Position numbers and translations under genes: made by a program. A stretch of DNA of 57,188 nucleotides, counting the filler, from Porpidia crustulata (Eukaryota): NCBI GenBank assembly GCA_964255105.1. It is 3 parts of 3 records of this genome, joined end to end, with 100 filler letters (N's around TTAATTAATTAA, not from the genome) between each part and the next. Parts side by side here need not be neighbours in the genome. Positions count along the whole stretch, not along the records: positions 19,114 to 38,111 come from CAXUWE010000154.1; positions 38,212 to 57,188 come from CAXUWE010000155.1; 1 more part is not named here. One strand, written 5' to 3'. Below are positions 27,542-41,773 of this stretch, piece by piece. A model generated the notes under the pieces. The model searched no databases and was not told the DNA's origin. It was given only the letters and a program-made list of their open reading frames with translations. Positions within the stretch are counted from its first letter, which is position 1. Each line of letters opens with the position of its first letter.

Positions 27542-28217
27542 GCGTAGTACATCTCGAAAGTCTCATATAAGAAGAAAAAGAAGAAGATGGGGCGATGAGA
27601 CGTGGCGTGCGGATCAGTCGTGGAAGCGAGGTCAGTATCTCATTGTTTCTTGACGATCTTGCTACTCGGTATTTAGATCGAAAGTCTCAGATACCTTTGA
27701 CACTGTAACGGCTGGGTCAATAGGAGGTGGATGATCATGGATTTCCAGGTACGTCGCCAGAGATGAGATTTATCAAAGCGTAATTGCAGTATCTCTGGAT
27801 TCTTTCACTCGCGCGCTTCTTTACTTGTATTTTGATAGGTGGTGCTATTTGAAAGGTGCATGAGACAGGTTCACAGATGTGACTATTCTGATGCCAGAAT
27901 AAGAGAGCTACTTAAATAGCGTAACCCAAAAGTGCAACCTCTCGTGTCTATGTGTACGCACAGAGAGATCATTCCACAGTTCCCTCCCTACATATCCATG
28001 CTATCTTCGACGGTAGTCACCTAGCTTGACCCATTTTCCTCTAATCAGGAGGAATGCAGGAGCTAGACTACCGTCGCCGGGGTTAGTCGTCGTTATCGTC
28101 TTCGTCGCAGCATACCTCATCCAAAGCAACGCCCACGCCGCGCTCTTCCCCAGCGATCACTCCAGCACAGGACGCTAAAGTTTTCCTATATATTCCTTGA
28201 TCAATTCGTAGGATGCC

Positions 28218-30426
28218 TTAATTGTCGTCTTCGAGGAAGAACTGTTCAATCCAATTTGTGATTAGCGTATAAGACACAGAAAAAGAGATTTCGATGGGAC
28301 AAGAGCTTACGTAGTTGCCGTTGAGCTTTTGCTCCTGATCTAATTGACTGTTATACTTATTGATGCGAGGACGGAAACTGTTGGGGTCGCGGCGGAAAGT
28401 AACGTCAAGGTTCTTCAGGAATTTGTTGCAGCCACTCAGCAAGCTTTCGGGTGTGTTGGCTCTGGACCTGACTGAAGGCTGTCCATCAAATACAATGACT
28501 CTGTCAGCGAGATAAGTAGCCATGATGAAGTCGTGCTCGACAATGAACGCTGTCTTTTTCGCATGCATGATAAATCTTTTGATCACTCGGGCAGCAATAA
28601 TACGCTGTTCGGAGTCGAGGTAAGCGCTTGGTTCGTCGATGAGGTAGATGTCTGCTGGAATTCCGAGCGCCAGGACGATAGCAACACGCTGTAATTCACC
28701 TCCAGAGAGATTCTGGACTTCCTGATCGATAAAGTCGTCAAGCTTGAGGGGCTTATAGACGTCAGTCTGAAACTGCGGGCTCAGGAAAGCGGTCTTGATT
28801 TTCTTAAAGAAGAGCTGGCGGACTGTGCCCTGGAACTTAGGGGTAATTTTCTGAGGCTTCATGGAAATATTCATCTGGGGGACCGATCCAGTGCCATCAG
28901 GCTTCTCAGCGCCGGCAAGCATGCGGCAAAAGGTCGTTTTCCCAGTTCCATTTTCGCCCATCATAACGACGATTTCGGAATCAGTGAATTGGCCGGCTTC
29001 GACGCTCAGATGGAAACCGCCAAGGGTTTTCTGCATAGCTGGATAGCTGTAGCCTCGGTTTTTATCGACCATGAATTCATCACCGGACTCGGCGATTCGG
29101 AAAGTCAGAGACTCTTCGCGGAAACGTAAATTCTCAGTAGGAATATTACCATCTAGAAAGATGTTGATGCCCTCCCTGACTGAGGCAGGCAGGGTCACAA
29201 CGCCGTACACGGCGGGCTTTCCATAAAGTACGCAGATGAAATCTGAGAGATAGTCCAGGACTGATAAATCGTGCTCAACTACTATTACGTAGTCGTCCGG
29301 ACGAAGTAGACTTCGAATCAGCCTCGCCGCATTTAGACGCTGCTTGATATCGAGGAACGATGACGGCTCATCGAACATGTACCTAAAGATCTTGTGAGGA
29401 ACTCGTTATACAAAAAGTCTGCTAAGCTTACACGTCAGCTTGTTGAACGCATACAGCTCCAATTGCGAAACGTTGCAGCTCTCCTCCCGACAAAAGATTG
29501 ATGTCCCGGTCCAGCACCTGTCTCAGCTCTGCGCTTCGTTAAATACAGCTACCTCTATAATAACGAGCACATACCAAGCACATCCATAATGTCGTCAAGG
29601 TTTTCCATCTCTGCCCGCGCTCTCAATAGCGTCTCGACGGACTTCTCGGGACCCTTGACGGCTTTCGGTATTTGGTCGACGTATTGCGGTTTGACAACTG
29701 CTTTGAGATCATCTTCTAGGATTTTCGTAAAGTAATCTGTCAAGCTTCAGCATAGCTACTGTTTGCACGTTTTTGGGCGTACTTTGGAGCTCGGATCCTC
29801 GGAAGTATTTCAATATCTCTTCCCAATCTGGGGGACTATCATATCTGCCCAGATTGGGCTTTAATTTCCCACTGAGTATTTTCAATGCCGTACTTTTGCC
29901 AATACCGTTTGTTCCCACAAGACCCAATACTTGTCCCGGCCTAGGCATGGGCAGCCGATGTAATTTGAAACTATTGGCGGAATACCGATGAGTGACTTGG
30001 GATTCGAGATTTGTCGGTAAGTTGATAATATTAATTGCTCCAAATGGACATTTTTTAACACATATACCACATCCAATGCAAAGCCGCTCCGAAATGAAGG
30101 CAATTTTTGAGTCCGGAGTGACTTCGATACAGAGTTTGCCAGTGCGTACAACGGGGCATGACTTCTTGCATTCTTGTCGACATTTCTAAGCACAGATCAG
30201 TGCGACTCAAGGAAATTGCCTACACGTCGGTCTCCTTACTTTTGGCTTGCACTAAAGAAAACCAGTCAGCCTGGGGGTGTTGATTGTGTGGTGGCGGGAG
30301 AGGAGTGACCGACCTTGTCATTGTTGACGATAGCAATTCTTCAATCAAGGTTAGAGTATGATATTAATACTATCAACAGATAGATGAAATTTTGCCCAAC
30401 ACGTACCGAGTCAATTTGTCCGACAT
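28218..30426 (-). CDS. RLI1: ABCE1/Rli1 Fe-S ABC ATPase (ribosome recycling), multi-exon
   Basis: [30 protein letters not shown]e-S domain, [13 protein letters not shown], Walker A GTNGIGKS and GENGTGKT, two LSGGELQR signatures, [14 protein letters not shown]. Confidence 0.97.
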
Positions 30427-31282
30427 GATGAGCTTCAGAGAGAAATCTCTTCGGGTTGCTGCGCTACAAGCAACTAAGCCAGAACAGTGTGAAACGTGCC
30501 TTAGACTGTTTGCGCTCTAACAATACCACACTATGTTCTGCTGGCTCTGGCAGAATCTGAAAGCCGCTTTGAAAAGAATTGACTCACAATGTGTGTCGAA
30601 CATAATACCATATTAGGCAAAGCACCTAACAGTCACAGCAGTGATTTAGTGGGGCTCTTTGTCGGTAGTGGGCTGAGTGGGCTAAGATCTTGCTTACTAA
30701 GCTGTAGTAGCGAACAGCCGGACGTACTTTCATTGTGGTACCGTCACTCATCCACTTTCTCATATTCATACCCAACCTTACACCTACAGAAACTCGACGG
30801 CACCACTACAATATCTCCGAATAGGCTCTCCTAGCTATGGCTTGTAAGTAAACATCCCTCTCCTGTCCTATGCGGAATCGTAAGGTCCACACAAGCCAAC
30901 ATCGCCGTCTATCCGCTGCCCTGCATGGCCCATTCTTGAGTCGGACCATCATCACAACATTTTGTACAATTACGCTATATATGCGCTGAGGTACTTTCAT
31001 GTGGATCGCTTGCTACCTAGGTAGATTATCTCACGCACCAGGTTGCCTGTCCGCCTGTTATATGCCTTGGTCATCGCCCATCGCTGTTTGCCAATTTCAT
31101 TATCAACTCCCAATCGTTCCATCTCAAATTTACGATTGCTCATAATTTTTCGAGCTCTCCGATCAATAAGAGCCAGATCTCGGGTCGCATAAGCTGCAGG
31201 TCTCTTATGCCCATAGTCCGAACTTTCTGCGACTACTCTACCATCTCCAATGCTAACTTGTTGATCTGTAGCGAGTAGCCTA

Positions 31283-34200
31283 ATGTATCGACCAGTTTCT
31301 GCTACGACCTCCACGCTCCCTTACTCGAACGGACATCTATCACCACATGGAGATGACCCTCAACACTTCGATGATATGACGCCCGCAAGTGAGAGCGACC
31401 TTTCCGAGGCTGTTGATCCCCAAAAGACCACGAGTATATCCACCGAAGCTAGCAGACGCGATGAAACCGAGAAAGCCTTCAGCCGACCTGGAAGCACTGA
31501 ACCTTTGCTTGAAGAAGATGCGTTGGGTTCCGATGATATAGATTACAATATGGATACACCATCACCAGTTGATCCTGGCAGCCCCGGCGATGCTCGTTCA
31601 TCATCCCAAGACTCTCGAAGAAACGGGAAACGAAAGGCTGGACTTGATCACGATGATTACATGCTAGAGAACCCTGAGCTCTATGGTCTCCGAAGAAGTG
31701 TAGGTAATTGTCAGCGCGACACCTGATTATCATGCTAAAAGCATTGCTCGTAGGGTCGTGCTCGTCCATCACGGCGAATAGTAAGCGCGAATTCCTATGA
31801 ATAGATCTCAGCATACTGACCATTTCAAGATCGATAGTGATTCGGAAGACGATGGATCTGACTCCGACATCCACAGCGGCCCTCGCAAACGTCGGAGGTA
31901 TACTGCTTCGAATCAAGGTAAGTGCTGTTCTAATACGCTAGATATAAGACCTATGCGGAGACGCTTCCTTCATAGACATACTAACGTCTGGCTTTTTCCT
32001 GTAGCATCGAAACGACCAACGCCATCAACCAAGTCATTGTCGGATTCTGGTTCGGAAGAACAAGCTTACAATGGATCTCGACCTCGGATAGTCCCGGCCA
32101 AGAAGAACCGACAACAGCGTCGAATGTTACAAGCAGCTGCAGAGCCCTCTTCTAATCATGGCGAAGTCCGCTTCTCGACACGGAAGGCTGCGAAAGTCTC
32201 GAATTACAACGAAGACGACGAGGATCCATTTGAGGATGAAGATAATATTCTTACGCCTGGTTACTGGGCTACTGCCCAAGACGAAGATGTCCCGGCCATC
32301 GACGCTGTCCTGAATCACAGATTGCGCGAGGATAGAAGTAGAGAGATCACAACCCTGGGAAAGGATGACTTCGAGTACAAGATCAAATGGCAAGGCAAAG
32401 CACATATCCATGCAACATGGGAGACAAATGGCGCCTTGATATCATATCGCGGCATTCGAAGACTCGATAATTATTATAAGAAGACTGTGGAGGAAGACAT
32501 CCACATGACACATGACAGTGGTATCCCGCCTGAGGAGAAAGAGAAATGGAGTCTAGATCGTGAACGTGACGCTGATGCTCTTGACGATTATGTCAAAGTT
32601 GAACGTGTCATTGGAAAACAATTGAATGAGGATGGAGAAGTTGAGTATTTTGTCAAATGTATGGCTCCATTTTTTCCCCATCCAAGATAGGTATGCTAAC
32701 TTCAATGCAGGGCGAGGACTATATTACGGATCCTGCACGTGGGAAAAGGGAGATACCATTAGTGGTATTGCACAGACCGAGATAGATCGCTACCTTGATC
32801 GAACCTCGTCAATTCCTCAGTCCAATAAGGCTGCGTCTAACCCTGCCACCAAACAAGAATTTGAACCCGTTTTCAAGCAGCCCGATTATATCAAGCACGG
32901 AACTCTGCGGGACTTCCAAATTAAGGGGCTGAACTTCTTGGCATTCAATTGGTGCAAGAGAAACAATGTCATACTTGCAGATGAAATGGGTCTAGGAAAG
33001 ACTGTGCAGACTGTTGCCTTCATGAATTGGCTACGACATGATAGACAACAGCAAGGGCCATTCATTGTCGTGGTTCCCCTCTCTACCATGCCTGCCTGGG
33101 CCGAGACTTTTGATAATTGGACTCCTGACGTCAATTATGTGGTTTATAACGGCAACGATGTCTCACGAAAAATTATCAAGGAATATGAGCTACTCCTTGA
33201 CGGTGACATAAGGAAGCCAAAATTCCATGTCCTGTTGACGACTTACGAATACATACTTGCGGATGCGGACTTTTTGTCAGGAATCAAGTGGCAATTCATG
33301 GCCATCGATGAGGCACATCGTTTGAAGAATCGCGAGTCACAGCTATACGCTAAGCTACTTGACTTCAAGGCCCCGAGTCGCCTCTTAATAACTGGTACCC
33401 CAATGCAAAATACATTGGGAGAATTGTCCGCTTTGATGGACTTCCTTATGCCTGGAGCCATCGTTATTGAGGACAACATGGATCTGCAATCGGAAGCAGC
33501 TGGCCGTAAGATTGCCGAATTGACCAGCGCGATCCAACCTTTCATGCTTCGCCGAACTAAGAACAAGGTGGAGAGCGACATACCACTTAAGACAGAAAAG
33601 ATCATACGAGTCGAACTATCTGATATCCAGCTCGAGTACTATAAAAATATTCTCACGCGGAATTACGCTGCTCTCAATCAAGGTGCTAAGGGCCAAAAAC
33701 AATCTCTTCTGAACATCATGATGGAGCTAAAGAAGGCAAGCAACCATCCCTTCATGTTTCCCAACGCTGAAGAGCGCATACTGGCCGGTAGCGATTCCCG
33801 TGAGGATACTCTCAAAGCCCTGATAACTAGCAGCGGCAAAATGATGTTGCTTGATCAATTATTAACCAAGCTGCGGAAGGATAATCATCGAGTACTGATC
33901 TTCAGCCAAATGGTTAAGATGCTCGATATTCTGGGAGATTACCTACACCTCCGAGGCCATCAATTTCAGCGACTCGACGGTACCATTGCAGCAGGACCTC
34001 GACGTATGGCCATCGATCATTTCAATGCACCGGACAGTAACGATTTTTGTTTTCTGTTGTCGACGAGGGCTGGTGGGCTCGGAATCAACCTAATGACTGC
34101 TGATACAGTTGTCCTGTTCGACTCCGACTGGAACCCACAAGCCGATCTTCAAGCAATGGCTAGAGCACATCGCATTGGACAAACCAAGGCAGTGAGCGTC

Positions 34201-36225
34201 TATAGGCTTGTGTCAAAGGAGACTGTGGAGGAGGAAGTTCTCGAACGAGCTCGGAATAAGCTAATGTTGGAATTTATTACGATTCAACGCGGTGTCACTG
34301 ACAAAGATGCTAAGGTATTGACGGACAAAATGGCACGATTTGGCAAGAGCGCTATGGAACCCAGCTCTTCTGAAGACATAAACATGATTTTGAAAAAGCG
34401 TGGGCAAAAGATGTTTGATCAGTCTGGCAATCAGAAAAAGCTCGAGGAGCTTGATATTGACTCTGTTCTGGAAAACGCTGAAGAGCATCAAACGGAACAA
34501 CCAGAAGGGATTGCTGCCGATGGTGGTGAAGAGTTCCTCAAGAGCTTCGAGTATATGGACGTCAAGCTCGACCTAGAATGGGACCAAATCATTCCTAGAG
34601 ACGAGCTTGAGAAGATCAAAGCGGACGAGAAGAAGCAAGCGGATGACCAGTACCTTGCTGATGTCATTCAACAGAATGCTCCTCGGAGGCGCAAGCAGGC
34701 TGACGAGGACCGTGAAGAACGAGCGGCAAAGAAACGCGCAAGGGATCTTGCCGCTCTCGAGAATGCAGCTAACGATTCGGACCAGCGGCCTGGGCAAGAT
34801 CCTAAACGACCATTGAGTGAGAAGGAGGTTCGTAACCTCATTCGTGCGTTTCTACGGTATGGGTCCATCGACGATCGCGGAGACGAGCTGGTACAAGATG
34901 CACGACTTGTTTCTAGAGATAGAGGGATCTTAAGATCTGCTTTACAGGAGATTACTGATGTTGCCACCAGGCTTCTGAAAGAAGAACAAGACCGAGTTGC
35001 TGCGCTGGAGGATGAACACCACAAAACCTTAACCAAGAAAGACCGGAAAGCAGTGCTCTTCGACTACAGAGGCGTGAAGCGCATCAACGCTGAAACTATC
35101 ATCGAGCGACCAAGCGAAATGCGGATGTTGAAAGAAGTCACCGAACAATCTGGAGACCCAAAGATTTTTCGCATCCCAGAAGCGTCAAAAGGGGCTACAT
35201 ACTCCTGCGCTTGGGGTGCACGTGAAGATGGTATGCTCTGTGTGGGTATTGTTCGGCACGGATACGGCGCTTGGGTCCAGATTCGCGATGACCCGGATCT
35301 CGCACTGGCGGATAAGTTTTTCCTCGAAGAACATCGTGTTGAAAAGAAGGAAGAACGGAATCACGACAAAGGAAAAGGTGTAAAATCGCCAGGAGCAGTC
35401 CATCTCGTACGCCGCTCCGATTATCTCCTTTCCGTTCTCAAGGAGAAGACAAGCAACGGCACAAATCTAGCTGCGAAACGTGCTGTGGAGAATCATCATA
35501 GGAACAACAAAAAGAATGGCATGTATGCTCGGGGTGCTGATGGCCGATCAGCTTTCTCTGGCTCACCTGCACCGTCATCGGCTCGGAAAGGTCAACGCGA
35601 TCTTGGACGCCATGGACATCACAACAGTGTCGAGCGCCGGGTCTCCAATGGAGAGCGCAATGGCTACACACCTCGGCCTGAAAACCGACCTCGATCAAGC
35701 GGTGATCACCTGAGACCCGATGATACTAGGCATTCCCAGGCTCCTCATCATCATCGTCGAAGTACTGATCATGCCAACCTTGACGCTGTTCCTGGTGGCA
35801 ATCACACATTCCTGATGAAACTACTCTTCAAGCCCGTCCAAGGAAGCTTGGATGCTGTTAGAGGCGCTACGAAAGATGGCGTGCCTGACAAGGTCAGACG
35901 TGCGAAGCTCTTGCGTGAAGAACTCGTAAAGATTGGCGATTTTGTGAAGAACCTGGTTGCCGCAGAAAAGACTCATGATGATAGTATTGAAGCTTCATTC
36001 TGGTATGTACATCCATGAGATACCGAACATTGGACATCAGTAACAAAATTTAGGGACTTTGTTTCCTCATCTTGGCCTAATCCTGGGACGTTGGGCGCGC
36101 AGGTTAGAAGCATGTACGATCGACTTGCGGCAATTGATTCAGCACTCCCCGCCCAAGACTCGCCTTCTGGTCCAGATATTCACAAAGCTGATGGGAAAGC
36201 GAATGGTTTGGTGAAGACAGAATAA
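31283..36225 (+). CDS. CHD1: Chromodomain helicase DNA-binding protein Chd1/Hrp3
   Basis: Two chromodomains ([32 protein letters not shown]), SNF2 ATPase [53 protein letters not shown]-like DNA-binding region. Last exon ~36054-36225. Confidence 0.96.
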
Positions 36226-37390
36226 GTCGGATGGTAATGGCGGTTGGGATGGAATCTTGACCGTGGGGCGGAGAAGGCGAAATGGATAATGGTAGATGTG
36301 ATCTTGATTTTGAGTGAGCGTCATTTTGCGAAGGCGTTGGGGATTACGCCCACAGAGGCTACATCATTGCCGGTGTTATGTGGATAAAAGAGAAGTGGCA
36401 TAGGAAAGGAGCTATGTGGGTCTCAGGCTTGCCAGTGGTCGCTTCGGGGCGACTTGACAGGATTCTCTGTACTAACATATCCTAACATAACAATTCGACG
36501 ATACCGGCAAGATAGGAAAATATCGCAGTATTATAGTATCAGCTTGTTGTTGAAGAGGCTCTTCTACTGCTTGTGCACAGTTGGATGTACATATGATTGA
36601 TAAATCGTTTCCTTAACACGGAATGTGCAGGCCGCCACCGCTTCTTACCAGTCCTGGTGGGCCCCTGAGTTGTCTGTTTGCTTAATCTGGTAAAGGAGAT
36701 GATTGTCGATTGATTCTGACACCAATAGCAAGGCGTGCTCAACCTTAAGCGCATGCAGCCTCCGAAGGTCTTACGGCGCAAGTAGGCCAATCGAGGAACT
36801 TCGACCAGGGCTAGAGGCGTACAGCGGTACAAGCTTTCGCAATAGTAGCAAATGAGGTGTTAATTGCGACGAAGCGGCGGATGACAACCAATGATGCAAC
36901 GGTGCGCAGAATTGCAACAGCACAACCTCCCATTTTTGGTAAAATGTCTGTTCATATATTTAGGAACAATTAGTCTCTCTGATCAGATCATCTTCGTGTT
37001 GCCGTGGAGGAAAGCCCTAAGACTACGAAGACACTACGGCAAGTTATCGATTGGCAGCAAGTTTGGCTGTTGCTTGGATTAGGTCTGGCACGATACACAA
37101 CAATCAAGTTCGACAGGGGTATATCGAACGAGGAGAGCTTGTGACCCGAACTTTTGCCGCCTCACCTGCCACAGCAGTCGCGACTTGCTCAATTATCGAA
37201 TCTACCTTAGACTCTTGCTCCCAGCAAATCTACTTGGGCTTCAATTATCCATTGGGAGGTTTTCTGTACTCCGTTCCTTCGATTGCCTCCACACTACTTT
37301 TACGCGCTGTTATTCGCACCAGCTTAGCGTCTACCATTGCTTCGATGAACTCGATTGGGATAAGTCGAATCAGCAGACCAGACATACACC

Positions 37391-38111
37391 ATGGCAGCGT
37401 GTGCCCCTCCGATTTACGTCGCTCGCCGCGACAGCGAGTTGCTAGAATCAAAGAACCCCCGACCGAGGATTGGTTTGGATGAACAAGACCCCGGAGCTCG
37501 TTATATATTTTGGAGCCCACCCGAGCGGTGTGATAGCGTATGCATGGAGCGGGGACAGGAGTGTAAATCCACAACGCCACCATTGACTTGTGTAAGAACC
37601 CAGACCACTTTATTACGTCCCTCGATCTCCTTGCTACCACATCTACGGGGGAGGGCTCATGTCCTTGTGCAACAAATGATCTAATATCTGTGGCAGCATT
37701 CATGGTCTGATGGAGAAAGTGAAGATGTTATTGCTTTAGCGCTTCCGTCCGATCTTGCCCTTAGAGATACCGCAGATCTCTTGGAGCTTGACGCACCACC
37801 AAGCTACTTTGACGTGGTCGCAGATCCACTTCCGAAGTACGACTACGTCGAGAGTGTGGTATGTCTACACGACAAACGCGAAGGGATCCTCGAATGGGAG
37901 GGGTTTAATTCGAGATTGAATGATCTGGAGCGACTCTTAAACCCGATGACGCCAAGCGCAATAGACTTTGATGACTCGTCGAAGTTTCGGCAGGTAGGCG
38001 GTGCAAAGAAGAAGAAGCAGCAGGCAAAACAGGCAAACCAAGCCAAATGGGCAGGCTCAGGTGATGAGGGTAACAATGATGACGGTGGGGATGGGGCAGA
38101 CGGTGGAGGAG
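37391..38111 (+). CDS. Hypothetical protein, 5' part only, truncated by the assembly gap
   Basis: Exon 37391-37591, in-frame 105-nt intron GTAAGA..CTAAT..CAG (37592-37696), then an exon open to the gap, ending in low-complexity GGAKKKKQQAKQANQAKWAGSGDEG. Confidence 0.55.
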
Positions 38112-38211
38112 NNNNNNNNNNNNNNNNNNNNNNNNNNNNNNNNNNNNNNNNNNNNTTAATTAATTAANNNNNNNNNNNNNNNNNNNNNNNNNNNNNNNNN
38201 NNNNNNNNNNN
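38112..38211. other. Artificial contig-join spacer (N44-TTAATTAATTAA-N44)
   Basis: Same 100-bp design as 19014-19113; two convergent genes are both cut here. Confidence 0.95.
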
Positions 38212-40652
38212 GGTTTGGTAATTCGTGCTTCCGGGTGGGGTGGGGGTAGCTGTATGAGTGATTGTGGTGCCCATGGAAAACGTGTGCTGTGGTAAGGAAG
38301 TATGAGCACCCTGCTGGCTGACTGTTGTAGTTGTTGGTAACGCATGTGCTGCTTGGTTTTGAGGTTGAATGTTCCCAAGGTTTCCCTGCTGTGCGGTTCC
38401 TTGTGGTGGATGCTGCAGTTCCGAACGGGAGATAAGTGGACCACCGGCTGCACGAAGCGCCTCCTCCTGGCGGAGTCGATGTCCCGGTACCCACCGCCCA
38501 TCAGGAGCTTTCTTCCATATGATGATCGTCTCATCATATGATCCGGATATAATCCGACCCCACCGACTGCCGCCACCCCCGGGAGGCAGTTTTGCGCCGT
38601 GCGCCATAATATCTTTCGGATCTTTCGAGCCTGCGTTGCGCTGACGGTTCCTAACAGATGTCGTCGGGACAGCTCCTGACCGTCTCGCTTCGAAATATCT
38701 GCGATCGATGTCTATAGCTTCCTGTTCCAAGTCTTCTCGACTGCCTGGAATATCGCCGAACGCGGACTGTATGGTACGTACGAGCCTGTTGTGACCCTGT
38801 AAGCAAGCGACTTCGGCTTGCGTAGCGGGATCAAAAATCCGGATGGTGCAATCGCTACTTCCGCTAACAATCCTTTTGCCATCATATTGAACACATGCAA
38901 TCCCTTTGGTGTGGCCTCTACATGTTGCGGTACAGACGCCGGTATGTATATTCCAGATCTTCACAAGTCGATCTCCAGATGCCGAGACCAGTTGATCATT
39001 GTATATGTGTATTGCATTTACTGCAGCGCCGTGAGATTCAAGAAGCATTAGGGGAGTATATGCCGCCAATGGTTTCTTTTGCTCCACAGTCAGATACTTA
39101 TCAATCTCCAGAGGGCTTGAGTATCCAGTCAGGTCTATAACATATGAAGGGCATCTACCACCTCCTTCAACGCCTTTGACCGGGTAATCGAGGTCCCCTG
39201 GACGCAGCTCATGCCGGCTCCAGATTTTTATCGTCTTGTCCTTGGAGCATGTCACTAGGAAGCGTTCATCGAACTTGAGGTTTAAGACCGACTCTTTATG
39301 AGCTTGAGAAATTTTTCGTAGCATTTTGCCTGTAGAAAAGCGCCAAATTATGACATCGGTGTCGCTGCTACCAGAGATGATGATGTCTTCTTTCGGGCTG
39401 TCGTCAAATTGGAGACAAAGCACAGAGGCTGTATGTCCCTCCAATGGCTTCCGGACGAGTCTTTGAGTGTCCAAATCCCAAATACGGAGGGTACGATCCC
39501 GACTGCCGCTTACAAGGTGCCTTCCAAGATACTGAATGGTGTAGACGCATTCGCTATGGGCCTCCTCTGGATGATCGTGGCGAGGCAGTTGAAAGCTCTT
39601 GTAAGCACCAGCATTCCAATTGTCTTCTAATTTTCTTTTCTGTTTAAAAGCGTGATGATAATTGAGCCGAGGGTGACCTGAAGCAGTCTGCATCAAATGT
39701 GGATCCGCTCCAACTCCTAGTAATGAACCTCCCGACAAGGGGAAATCGGAGTCGGGATTTTGTAATATGTGTGCACTATCATCGCGCTGTGGGCCCATTA
39801 TAGCTGGCTGTGAACCTCCAGCAGCTGATGCAAGCCCCGCGTCAGGCATGTCCTCGTCCGGGCCAGCATCCGGCATCTCTCCATCGGCCTCTACAGCACC
39901 ATTTTGCTCACTCCAAGCCTGCGAGCCTTGCTGTGTAGTCGAAGAACTCGTGGATTTTCGTGATAAGACGTCGTTGCGAGCCAGACCTACGCTAGCCCTT
40001 GCACGCTTTTTGTTCCTTCTTTGCTCTTGATGCGTGTCCGCCCGTCTTGACCTCGGCTTCCCACGACTGTAGTTCAGCTCATATCGTCGAACTTCGTCCA
40101 TATCCAATTCCCAGCCTTCCAGATTGAACTTTTGCTTCCATAATCGACTATCGAGTGTTCCGTCACGCCACGAGCGAGAAACTCGTGAAGCTTGCAGCAG
40201 CATCGATGGGCTTAGATAGGAGAAAATCTCCGACGTGATCTCTGTTGGTAGCACCGCTATAGGGTCGATGTGTAGTAACGGCCTTAGTCGTTCAACAACG
40301 GCGGCTATCGAGGATGTTTGTAGAGTGCGTAGGACATGGTAAACAAATTCTGCTTAGGTAGTCAGTTCCCGAATTACACGGTACGCGAGACTGGACACTG
40401 GTCAAGCTTACCGCTTCTCTCAGCCTCACTGAGTGCCAGTATCGCCGGCGGCAAAGCTGGTGCCGCGTTCTCCGACATTGTAAGGGCTTCATCCGAGAGA
40501 GATCCTAATCTCATCGGCGAATCAAAACTATCTTGGCTCCTAGTTTCCTCTGAATAGCCTTCATCCAGTTTGAAAGACATGTCCATCTTTGATACTGCAT
40601 ATATAGGCTGATATGACTGTGGTTGATTCAGTAACCATGGAGGGTTCGCCAT
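38212..40652 (-). CDS. FWD1: F-box/WD40 SCF substrate receptor, FWD-1/beta-TrCP type; 3' end lost in the gap
   Basis: N-term FKLDEGYSEETRS, one intron (~40349-40410), F-box DPIAVLPTEITSEIFSYL, WD40 repeats (HSECVYTIQY, SGSRDRTLRIWD, GHTASVLCLQFD, GHTKGIACVQYDG, SGSYDETIIIW), Gln-rich tail. Confidence 0.88.
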
Positions 40653-41773
40653 CCCATTTGTGAGCACCTTGGTATGATTCTCAGTCTCAAGTCCTTCGGT
40701 TCTCCTAGCTGATGGGATATATTCCACTCATATCCTCGACATTCCAATTGGCAGGGGTTCCACACAAATTTTCTGGTCTTAGACACAGTCCGGGATACTT
40801 GTCAGCCTCGACACTAAGCCTTCTACCAAAATTACTTCCCAGAGCAGGATCTAGCAACAGTGCCCAAGTCAAAGCTGGATTGATGCTCACAGGATGGAAT
40901 GAAATAAGATGAGTACTTGAGCATGTAGCAGTAAACATTTCAGCTACTTCTTGCTCAACGGACGAACACGCAGATGTTGACGGCACTGGTGGGTAGAACA
41001 GTACGTCGTAGTAAGCTACGGTGGGCCATACCAACTACAGTAGTAGTATCTGGAGGACCAAGCCACTAAGTCCAATAGCGGAAGGCGTATTTGAACCCCG
41101 CTAAATGATTTTCCCGATCAACATCTCAAACACTCCTGTTACCTGACGTGCTGACCTTGTCCTCCTACCCACACAACCCATACGCTGTCTACCTTACCTC
41201 TCGTCTTCTGCCCCTCGTGACCTCTATGTCCAACCTGCCATTCTCGATTTGAAACCCTCCTTCTATTTGCCCAAGCTGTGTCTTCACTCACCTGACCAGC
41301 CTTTTCTTCTCTGTACAGACACTTCTTCACTAGGGTTTACGACGGACGGACTCGCAGTTCTTCAAACCTTGTCGCCCACTAATTCATTACTACACGATAC
41401 CTCTTGGTCTGAGACAGGGACTTCTCGATCGACATCTTTGAAATTCCATCGCTTCCCCGGGGCACAGTCTACTGTCGTGCTTGCATTCCTCGGTAGCTTC
41501 GACAATCGATAGGCTCTCGAATCCTCCGCCCCCAATTAGTCTCGTGGTCTTCTATGAATTGTACCTTCACATATCGATCATTCACTGTCAGCGGTAATTC
41601 CTACGCCACGCTCCTTGGGTGAGACGCCATTGAGCGCAGCCTCGAAATCCATTAATCCATTCTTCTTCCCAGAGGACCTTTGAACACAAAGATAAGCTGC
41701 AACAAAAACTTATTGAACTCTAGAGGTAACAATATGAATTGATAAGAGCCAGCGTTGAAGGCCGTCCTAAGTG

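Noticed and set aside
36539..37703. Overlapping ORFs of 63-152 aa after CHD1
   Set aside because: Mutually overlapping on both strands with no motifs; only the 37391 exon fits a spliced model.
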